Below are positions 34,901 to 44,115 of a DNA stretch of 64,000 bases, piece by piece. The position numbers and the translations under genes are program-made. Positions within the stretch are counted from its first letter, which is position 1. Every line of letters starts with the position of its first letter. The notes under the pieces were generated by a model. It saw nothing but the letters and a program-made list of their open reading frames with translations, was not told the origin of the DNA and did no database searches. Origin of the DNA: Phoronis australis (Eukaryota; Animalia; Phoronida); contig NMRA01000029.1 in assembly GCA_002633005.1 (NCBI GenBank), positions 167,707 through 231,706 of the forward strand, in the 5' to 3' direction.

Positions 34901-37900
34901 AACATTTTCGAAATTTGCGCATATTGGGCAAAATTGAAGAAGAAGTTATCATAAATGACTTTAATTTCTAGGCTACATTATGAATGTGGATTTTTTTTTA
35001 AATTAACCACCTTTTATGAACAGTTGCAACCAAGTTCTGAGCTTATCACCTCTGTTTATTATCACAACCACATTGTACAAATGAAGATAAGAAAAAGTAA
35101 AACTTCTCATAAATGTAATAAAATGAAATTCCACTTGTGTCCCAAACTGGAGAACATTAACCACACCCTTATCTGCAGTTGGCTTATGGCTGAAGATAAT
35201 TTTATGAACAGAGGGCAAATAAGGTTGTGTAAATAAGCCACTGTGAATCAGTAGTGGTCTAGGAATGCAATATATCTTCCATTAATCAGCAATGCATGAC
35301 AGGTCGCAGATATACTTGAATCTATCTTGAAATAGGTAGAAATAGGAAGTGGAAACTAAATATTGGCTTGCACCTCAGCTCGTTTACAGGTAACTGCAAT
35401 ACTTGACCTGTTTGAAAGAAGCGCAACCTGTTTGGAAACGGAAAAGGCCCCCTATTACTTACGATGTCTTCACGGCTTTTAATTACAACTGAAACTGGAC
35501 AAAGGCTAGTGTTACTAAGTAACAAGGCAGGAAAATGTGCAGTTTATAAAGATACTGTAATTAGAATTACTGCTCTAATTGACAACATGTCACCATGCAT
35601 TTCTGACACGTTTGCTGACAATGACGTGCTTTCCACGCATTTGGGTTTTTCTATAGTGAAGAACACTGTAAAGCACTTCAACTGAAAGTTTGTTTTTTCA
35701 AAAGTCGCAGGTTTACTTAAACACAGGACAGGACCCTTAAGCCCTCGCTTTAAGGCCGAATGTTGGCTCAATTCCTCTCTCAAAAATAGTGAGAATTACG
35801 TAAAATTGCCCTTATGAGGCACAAAATTCCCCTCAAGTGATTAGGGGTGGAGACATTCCTCCTCACCTAAAAATTACCCTCTCAGAAGGCACAGGCACTT
35901 TTCCCCACAGGTGCAGGATCGATCAAATTCGAGTCACAAACCATAACACAAACATCTAACAACGACCCTCGACATACTCACCATCCCAGACAACTTTATA
36001 GCGCTTGTCTTCAAAATCAACACCGCCATAAGCAAGCAACAGTCTAAGTGGCTGACCAAGCTGAAACAAACATACAAGGGAATTAATGATAAGAATCAAC
36101 TATACAAAGGTTTTATGCAAATTTTACAAATATCAAAACTTTTACACAGGTTTTCAGTAGCGGCGTTAATCGAGAGGGGTTCTATCAACAAATAAGACCA
36201 GATTTAAGCCCCTTACAATTATAATAGGTGTAAGACCTGACAATTAGGTGTTTTATTTTTTAAATGGCCTTCCTCATTACAAAGCCAACTTAACTTTATG
36301 AAGATGCAATGAGTAAAATAGTCTATTATATATACTCAATGGAACGCAATTTTCAGGACTGAAGACTGTAAATGAGAACCACTTGCATTCTTACTTATAA
36401 TAAGTTGATATCGGTATTTTACCTCTTAAAATGCAGCGATTTTCTTACATGATCATGTAGACCATCTTTTTAAAAAGTACACGAATGTATAATCTCATTT
36501 AGAAATTGTTCAAAAATCAAGTATCATACTGATTTTCTTAACCAATCTGGTTGAGCAGTAGCCTGGAGGCAGGGGAAAAAGTATTTTTTACACGAACTGG
36601 TTTCACAAATGTGTTACGCAGCGGCAATGTGGAATGAGTATACTGACTGACTGATCGGCCAGTGGAGATACAGGGGTGTCATTATCAGCTTGACAGTGGC
36701 TAGCAAGTGTTTACACAGTCCAGCTCTCTTCTTTTGTGCTTTCATCCAATAAGCTCAGTAACCCAGCAATTATGCTGTAAACTGTTCGCCTAACCGATAT
36801 CAAAAAATACTACTTGCACAGGACTTTCAACAAATGTCGTGAAGCAGGCGTGTTTTGTATGAAATACTTTCACCAAAAAACTTTGAATGGAGAAAAACGG
36901 TTAACTTTCAGAGAAATTAGGCTTAACTTTCACCTGATGATTTCTTTGTGACTGTAAGCTCTAACCAGCTGAACCACAGTATTGTGTCCCAACACAAAAG
37001 GTTTGCTTGACAAGTTTAATGGAGCAGGATTCTAGATAAGCTCCTGGCCTTGAAAATTTAATTTTACACTCCAGGAGAATGGTAGGTAATGCATAGTATT
37101 TATTAAGGAATTGTTTTCTCCAGAAGGCAATATTTTGAGTCACAGATTTCTCAGAGATGTTTAAGGTATCAAAACTAACTTTATGGAGAAAAACCGTCTT
37201 GTTTCAGCAGTTCTTAAGTACTAAAGTGTGACGGGACGTTCGTAACATTACGCTTATTGTTATTCTTATTTAGTTGCAAATGTTCAGTTATTCTTATGCT
37301 AATGTATTTGTTGCGTCTCAGTGTGCCTTTGTTACGTGGGCATGCGGGCGCGACTGTATGTGTCGGGCACTTCTCTAGCGACAGGCTGAGGAGAAGGGTG
37401 TTTCTTTCCTTTGCCTACATGAAATTGATCGTTATCATGTGTAACTGAACTGAAGGTATGCCTGATGAGGTGAAATACACATTTTTGATGCTCAGTGGAT
37501 ACTTGCTCTGTTACAAAAGGAAACGTGGTATTCTTAGAATTGTAAACTTTGATTCCTGTGATGCCAACTTTTGTAATGAAATTGAGAAGTGGTGGGAAGG
37601 GGTTTCGGCATATTTGTTCCTAATTTAATAGCTATTCTAAAGTCTCAAGGGCGGAATGGTCCAAAGAATTGAATGCAAACATAGAAATGTTTTTTCTTGG
37701 TAGGATGGTATCAGTGTTACATACAACACGACAAGAGACTGTAGACTTAGGTGGTTCCTACGTTAAGCTGTTGAAGAGAATTTTGACAGTAGACAAATTT
37801 CTTTTTAAAACTATTTCAAGTTACAAACGACAACTCTTGCTCCTTTTGTAGACAGTCTACAGAGACGTTGAAGCAAAAGTTTATTTTGGGACTGAAAACA

Positions 37901-39474
37901 GAGAATTTGTTTCACACAAAGTGTATCCTTCATGTTTCGACTACCCCTCTCCAACAATATTATTCTGGGTCTTTTGTGATAAACAAGAAACTTTTAAGAA
38001 CTCCATTGGGTGAAAAATTTATTGTCAGAAGTGTGTTTCAAAAAGACTGCTTTTGAGTAGTGCTGGGAAAAAATTAAATTTAGATCTTTTCAAAAAGAGA
38101 TGGAACATTGAAACAATTCTCCAGGGTAGCAAGCAGGATTAGAGGTGCATGTGAGTGCATGACTGTTTGTACTTTTGTAAATTTTTTTTTCATCAATACC
38201 GATATTTTCCATACATAAACCCACCCGATATAATGCCCAGGGGCGTTTATTCGGAAAGTTATGCCAAATAAACGCCCATGCGCATTTATTTGGTGTTACA
38301 ACTTCTGGTATCAAGTGTCCAGATTGTGTGGCGTTTATTCGGAAATGACCTTTTAAAAGCCCACTTAGCTTCAACTTTTAGCCACAAATTCAATTTTGTG
38401 AAGCATTTATCACATTTATAAAGACGAAGTGTTGGCGAACTATGTATTTATTAACTTTAAATCAAAACAGTTTTATGCAAAAAAAATCGCTGAAATTTTC
38501 ATATCAGCTGAGCCTATGACTTTCCAACTACATCCCCCCCCTTTCCGAATAAACGCCCGGGTGTTTATTTGGTGTTACTGAAATGCCTGAAATTTTTCAT
38601 TTTCCAAATATACGCCCATGGGCTTATTTACGATACGCCCATGGGCTTATTTACGGAAAACTCTGGCACTTGTTTAATGGGGTAATAAAGTGCACATCTA
38701 CTGAAAATCTTAATAACGATTGTTTAATGTGTAATAAAGTGCACGCTAGGAATTGACCATGCAGCACCTACACCTCATTAACCTCAACTATAGGACTTAT
38801 GTCACGATTTGTATGTTGAGTTGGATTTGTTTTAACTATTGTTTATCTGTGCCAGTAATACATTTTCTTTTAATATATTATTCCTAATTTCTTGTCGGTT
38901 CACTAGCAGTACGGCGTTTACCCCCGTTGAGCCAAACTTGTTCGATTGTATAGCCCAACAACAAGTTGGGAGGATAACAACTGGGCCAGTACCTTGTCCT
39001 TATACGAATTTTTAACTTAACTCCATTCTGGCATTTATTAATTGTTGGAGGGCCAGCTCTCTTTTGTTCAATAATTGCTCTATCTCCGAACGTGACTGGG
39101 ATCGATATGTGCTCAGCTGTTAAAAATAAAAGTTAAGTTATAACACATTTGAACATAAACCAATAGCATTTCTGAATTCCTCGTCAAATGCTGATCTTGT
39201 TTAGCTTTCGAATCACCAAAATCGCCCAACTGCAACCGAATCCGAACAAACCAATTCGCACTGGGTTTGGCTGCCGGTGTTCACGCCTGGTCGGTTGGTA
39301 AGTATAACCATAGACTATAATGGTATAACTAAGCCACAGTACGGTAGAGTAGGCGAATGAGTGCCGCGTGCTGTGGCAATCGCCGGTGTTTGAATTTGAT
39401 TATTTTGGTCGAAGCAACATGGCCAGATAGCTACTCACCCCTCGAATATCCCAGTATCCTAGAGTAATCGGCAT
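19816..39474 (-). CDS. GSTM: Glutathione S-transferase, Mu class (220 aa, complete)
   Basis: Exons 39474-39439, 36060-35982, exon 3 (32581-32511 or 27525-27455), 26355-26274, 25615-25518, 23591-23496, 22794-22684, 19905-19816 total 663 nt. MPITLGYWDIRGLGQPLRLLL; mu-loop WDRSEW; PNLPYLMDGDIKITETNAI; FFAGDNVTVCDFHLYE. Exon layout matches the vertebrate GSTM 8-exon pattern. Confidence 0.96.
21290..22643 (-). mobile_element. HINE/DINE-1-like element with ~9 degenerate ~140-bp core repeats (GSTM intron 7)
   Basis: Head at 22609-22643 is homologous to the 16606 head; GCCAAATTTC-like anchors at 21524, 21671, 21810, 21948, 22089, 22231, 22369. Confidence 0.7.
22684..22794 (-). CDS. GSTM: GSTM exon 7
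   Basis: VTVCDFHLYEMFDEHKHLQPSCLDAFPNLQGFCKRFE, 111 nt. Confidence 0.94.
23496..23591 (-). CDS. GSTM: GSTM exon 6
   Basis: NEEKDSYLEALKPKLQGFSDFLGDKPFFAGDN, 96 nt. Confidence 0.94.
23962..24216. repeat. 126-bp tandem duplication (2 copies) containing a 10-bp hairpin
   Basis: GATATCCRTCTGCAGATAAAGG... starts at 23962 and 24088. Confidence 0.9.
24387..24800 (-). mobile_element. 5'-truncated LINE (CR1/L2 group, Crack/Daphne-like) 3' end
   Basis: RLRCSNHSLLVERGR...RLCRLC...EDEHHVVLICSAYQDLR (CCHC zinc knuckle), stop at 24470, AT-rich UTR ending in (TAA)n. Confidence 0.8.
24801..25140 (+). mobile_element. Penelope-like element 3' fragment (GIY-YIG endonuclease C-terminus)
   Basis: HNIQDLSVQIIEK...RLKREQYWIDKHNTIEPHGLN, stop at 24953, followed by a hammerhead-like motif; 3' limit approximate. 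Confidence 0.8.
25056..25093 (+). ncRNA. Minimal type I hammerhead ribozyme variant (U3-A8 core)
   Basis: CTG-TTGACAA-A-GGATGT(TATT)ACATCC-GAAA-ATTT-CAG, in the position expected downstream of a Penelope ORF. Confidence 0.6.
25518..25615 (-). CDS. GSTM: GSTM exon 5
   Basis: GQTETERVRNDMMLLIGMDLRNGFVNLCYKTY. Confidence 0.93.
26274..26355 (-). CDS. GSTM: GSTM exon 4
   Basis: LPYLMDGDIKITETNAIFLYLGRKFNL, 82 nt. Confidence 0.94.
27060..30735 (+). repeat. 3.7-kb duplicated block, copy B (matches 32114-35788)
   Basis: Colinear high identity with offset ~5054; ends at the N gap. Confidence 0.97.
27455..27525 (-). CDS. GSTM: GSTM exon 3, copy B
   Basis: (D)SKKVWDRSEWFNVKSSLGLPYPN; intact splice sites. 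Confidence 0.8.
30736..31374. other. Assembly gap (N run)
   Basis: 639 Ns between the duplicated blocks. Confidence 1.
31375..32113 (+). mobile_element. 3' end of a Hero-clade (R2-group) non-LTR retrotransposon with restriction-like endonuclease
   Basis: Frame open 31375-31866: IQFVGEGE...WEMRVDL...LRPDIILWS...IIELTVPWEE..EEAHERKLSKY...PVEVGCRGF...AERTSCWLW; structured 3' UTR follows. Confidence 0.88.
32114..35788 (+). repeat. 3.7-kb duplicated block, copy A (matches 27060-30735)
   Basis: Begins exactly at the retrotransposon 3' junction (TGCCATGAATG). Confidence 0.97.
32511..32581 (-). CDS. GSTM: GSTM exon 3, copy A
   Basis: (V)SKKVWDRSEWFNVKSSLGLPYPN; intact splice sites. Confidence 0.75.
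35982..36060 (-). CDS. GSTM: GSTM exon 2
   Basis: LGQPLRLLLAYGGVDFEDKRYKVVWD; TTTCAG / GTGAGT. Confidence 0.93.
38197..38668. mobile_element. Tc1/mariner(pogo)-type MITE in GSTM intron 1
   Basis: Imperfect TIRs TACCGATATTTTCC..ATAAACCCA / TGGGCTTATTTACGGAAAACTCTGGCA; many ATAAACGCCC/GGGCGTTTAT motifs. Confidence 0.6.
39439..39474 (-). CDS. GSTM: GSTM exon 1
   Basis: MPITLGYWDIRG|GTGAGT, 36 nt. Confidence 0.93.
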
Positions 39475-39700
39475 TGTAAGACAATACTTAAGTGAGAGCC
39501 AATAACCACGCAGTACAGCAAATCGCTACTCTCCTCTGCCACCCTATACCGACAGTGAATGAAGTAAAGAAAGAGGTCAGAGATGTCCTGAGCAGGGCCT
39601 CAAACTCTGACGTCACGGATAGCGTGACGCAAAAAAAATGGAAAAAGAGTTGTGCAGAATACCTTCTGACACAGCGCCACCTATACTTTTTTAAGGTGTA
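39475..39700 (-). promoter_or_regulatory. Candidate GSTM promoter / 5' region
   Basis: Perfect CRE TGACGTCA at 39608-39615, adjacent TGACGC half-site, CTCF-like CAGCGCCACCTA at 39672. Confidence 0.4.
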
Positions 39701-42700
39701 AATACTTAAACATTATACAACAAATAGTCTAGCTCATATAAACGAAATTCTGTTCGCCTTCGTGAGATTAATGCACTAATTAGCTGTCAACTACTGCTCA
39801 AATTTGATTCAGTAAAATCTGACTTAGGCTAGAAAGCAAGTACAATATTATTTTTGTCCAATGATACTCCCTGTAAAACAATACATTAAATGTCGGGTAA
39901 ACTGATGAATTGAGTAAATGTCATTAACAATGTTTTCTGTAGAAAAACAAAGCAACTAAACCAACAGATGGCGAAATGAGCTACACAGTCGGACTGCAAT
40001 CAACATTCGAAATCAAAGATCCCCGGCGGAGAGTGATGAGTAACCTCTGGCCCCAGCCGATGCAGTGTGCACCGCTGTAACCTATGGTGTTAGTAGAATG
40101 AGTACATTACACGCATGTCAACTGCACACTAAATGTACAAGAAATACAATTGTGCAGTACACTCCAATTGTTTGCGTCAAGGGGAATTTATAGAATGTGT
40201 TAAGACCACGCTTTCATTCTGCGATACTTTCTTGGAAATCACTTGTGCCTTGACATACACAATGCAATTACCACTGTTTATGCAACTGAAACTTTTATGT
40301 TAATGGTCATCCTGTCGCTAGCAAGCAAACAGTGCTTCTTCGAATGGGCAATGTGTCACAGTCGTAGACCAAGTAGGTGACCCGAGTGACCTACAGTACT
40401 TGGTCTACGACATCAACATTTAGGCCTAATGAGCAGCACATCACATGGCTCACTCAAGGCTGGATGGGCCATGTAAAAGTTACTCGACGACAGAAAACAA
40501 AGCAAGTTGACAGAAATATATCTGAAATCTTTTTCTGTGCTAACATTGAAATAAATCCAAAGTGGAACAGTTATTCAATAAAGAGACAACTTAGTAAACT
40601 AAGAGATTACAAGACCAGTTTGAAAACCCCTGTCATTCCTGACCGTACCCGCCAACACATCTGGTCCGATCCGGAGTGATATTTGAGCGATGACAAAGGC
40701 AGGCCAATAGACCAAAATAAACCCAAAAAAAAGAACAATTATGACAAAATTACAATATTGTGGCAGTGCACAACTTTGATAAAAATACAGAAAAATCTGG
40801 CCCATATAGAAGACCTTACGTCCGAATAATCGAGGAACTTATTTTTACGCTTGAATAATCTGATTGATTTGTTCAAGTTTCGTATAGAGTGGAGTATTCT
40901 TCTTTTTCTTCAACAAGAAGATTTTTAAATGTCGCCTGTAAATTATTATTTTTTGTTCTCATTATTCATAAGTTGATAAAGTGTTTAGTAGTTGGAATTT
41001 TGACCTTGCCTTTCTGTTTAGTCCGTTCAGTTAATTTTATTAGTGAAATGAACTTTTTCCCTTACCCCAATTGTTTTCATTTATAAAAAGCTCTTTAGAA
41101 ACTTCAGAGTTCAGTTTTTTTTCAGAGAAATGTAGTTTTTCAGATTTTAGGCGTGTTCCCTGCAATGGAATCTAAAATAAAAGAGTAAGAAACAACCAGA
41201 TGACCACCTTGGATTGCCACTTTTAAGCCAGGGGGTTTGATTTGCTGTTATAAGAATCAAACAAAAGTACGATTTTATAGCTGATCAAGACTTAGTGAGA
41301 GAGGATATAGTTATTTTGGAGTTTGTCACCATTTCCTGTCATCATAGCGTGGACCTCATTTTGCGTTACTTTGTTGCCATCATCTGATCCTCTTCTCTGT
41401 GTGTGATAAGATCTCCTTGAGAAAGAATTAAGTTTCACGTACCGGTAGGCAAACTGTTCTTTACAGCTATATTTACTTTTTCTTATCTTCAATCCATTAA
41501 CAACAGAAAATAAATCAAATACCCTGGGTGATTTAGAATAGGCACTAACAAAACACAAATGAATTACCAATTAGTGATTGCACACTCAGTTAATGTTAAG
41601 TTAACTTAATTAAAGAGCATTTATTCATAGGTACTCTGAGTACATGCATAGCTATTTTCTCTTCTCTTAATGTGCTTTAATGTGTTGGAGGGGCATTTTG
41701 GTGCTGTCTTGGGACTGAAGTTCCCTACATCTATCCACTATCACATATGAATCAGTCTCAGTCCCAATCTGAAGTGGTTGTAGGTCACAACTCACACCAT
41801 CACAACAAATAGAATAAAAAGAGACATGCAGGATACAAACTATTAGGAAATGAAACAGTACACAATTACGGCCATATGACTCAACCGTGTATTTAACCTG
41901 TTCACTTCAATGTTGTTTACCAAGCATATGTGGAATGTTTGACTGAACATGTATAGCCAAAAAAAACATAGTCTGGGATCGAACACTAGGATGATGGTTG
42001 CAAGAAAACCCCCTAAATTGTCAAATGGATTTAGACATTGCACTCTACCATGACAAAAGAATGGTTTAATAAATTGTGACATCAGCGTATTTTTAAGCTG
42101 TAAGGTCACCTTGGTAAGCTTCAGTCCCATGTTGGGATGCATATAAAGTACATGTACAGTAATCTTGTTCAGAGTGTTTCTTTTAAATTCGATGTAGTGA
42201 CCATTTTTAGTTTACACATTCAAATGAAAAACTATAAACAATGAAAAAACAAGATTGCTTATTCAGTTTAATAATGTCTAAGTTTCTTTTGACAAAAGTT
42301 GCCATCTTTATTAAAGTGTGCCATTATTTTGTGTCTTGTTCTATTCACAGGTATTCATTAAATGGATGACACCAGTGACGTCTGCTTAACCAACTTACAC
42401 ATGGACATATAATTGCGCAACTGAAGTAGTTCTCAACATATGATACAGATGTAAAACTAGTACAATCCACTATTACGAAAATATCAGAACGTTCTCGGAA
42501 AGTGCATGGATGAAACTGAAAAGCTTGTACTAAAACACCAAAGCCTGTAATGAAAATTGCTACAAGTTTTGTATTCATACACCACACCTTCACATCAACT
42601 TATTATTTTGTAAAATCATAAATATTGGATGTAGAAAAAATCGATGTCATCTCATACACTGTTTTTTTTATTGTTTTTTGCATATTTTAACGAAAAAATT

Positions 42701-43669
42701 TTAAGTATTTAATAAAAATTCATTTATAGCGTGTGCAGAATACTAGGCTGGGTAGGCCCTACGTGTTTCAACTTACAAGTTCCAACGTTTACTATTACTA
42801 CTTGTAGCAATAGATAGTAGTGATGTCGGTAAGTTGTCACCAACATAACAGCAGTCCGAGAGCTGTACTGCTGTAGCTAGAGACCAGAGGAGTTTTAGGT
42901 TTGGTAGCTTTTTTACGCATTTTCTAGATGTAATCATATAAAAAATCACCAGAAATCGCCGCTAGCAATAATTGCACAACATTACATAACCCTGGGCTGA
43001 TAGTGGCGAAGTTCACTAGACCGGACGGTGGTCTAGATTTACGATCAGATGGTTGATCTGCCTTAATGTGAACTCGCCAAGTTTTCGGGCTTACTCCAGC
43101 GGAAACCAGTGCAAAAATGATTCAAGTACAACGCTACACTTGCTACAATGTATCAGAGTTTCATAGAATCCCGACAAAACTTGCATTTCAATGCTTTATG
43201 ACTTAGTTCCGAATAGACCTTCGGACTGAGTGGCATCTTCGGACTAGCAGTGAACTGCTCCCAATTTGCCCTAGTCCCCGTCCGTAACTGAGGAAAGTCT
43301 CAAAATTAAAAAAAACCCGTATCAGTCGAGTTAATGAAAAGAAAAACTGTGCCCTGACAGCTGTGGCATTTATGTACTGTGGCCGTGTTATTTCCTGAGA
43401 ATAAAGACACTGAGTGAAGTGCATGGTTTATTTTATGGAATGACAAAACAAATACTACTGGGGTCATGATGCAGATGTTTATTATTTTTTCGAGACGGAA
43501 ATATATCTAACTGTTCGTGTTTATGGCACAGATTGTGACGAAAAAACAAAAAGAATGGTATATATTGGCAATCCCGATGAGCAGACGCTACGTGAGCCAG
43601 GTTCTTTGTTTGCGACTGTGCTTGCTTTGGGTAACTGGAATCAACCAGTTGAAACAAGGCATTTAGTTC

Positions 43670-44017
43670 TTATGTTATTGTGTAGATGGCGACCTAAAAT
43701 TTTAAGCCAATCAAATGGCAAGATTGCCGATTGCCTCTGATTTTACACAACATGGTGGACGCCTCGCACGTTCCTCGCGAAGTTCTACTGATAAGTGTAG
43801 CGAAGCTTCTCGTTTGATCGATAATACCTCTTTCGCCACTCTCTGCAATGGAGTGTATTTGCGAGAGAAACGAGTGGCGTTGATATTCACTTTGATCATC
43901 CATAGAGAGAGACAGCTCGCCTTAAAACAGGCTGCAGAAAACAGCTGATCTGCTTTTTTATTTTTGAATTTGGAGCGCTGTTCTGACTTAGTTTCTTTCC
44001 AAGTTTTTATTGATAAA
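43670..44017 (+). promoter_or_regulatory. Candidate DCAF1 promoter / 5' UTR
   Basis: CCAAT near 43707, AGATGGCG and CAACATGG YY1-like motifs, CpG-rich. Confidence 0.4.
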
Positions 44018-44115
44018 ATGGCTGCGCTTGATACTCAGAGCGAAATAACTTCCCTTCTTGAAACATGGGGCCGTGAAGATTCCAGTGGTGTGATACCGAT
44101 TGACTGTCTTGTCAG
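44018..44115 (+). CDS. DCAF1: DCAF1 exon 1
   Basis: AAAATGG start; [17 protein letters not shown]...CLVR; AG|GTTTGT. Confidence 0.88.

Noticed and set aside
27716-35783. Pairs of near-identical small ORFs
   Set aside because: They recur only because the intronic block is duplicated; no coding signature.
37462-37480. CTGATGAGGTGAAA hammerhead-like words
   Set aside because: Only 3 nt between the core halves, so no stem II, and no convincing stem I.
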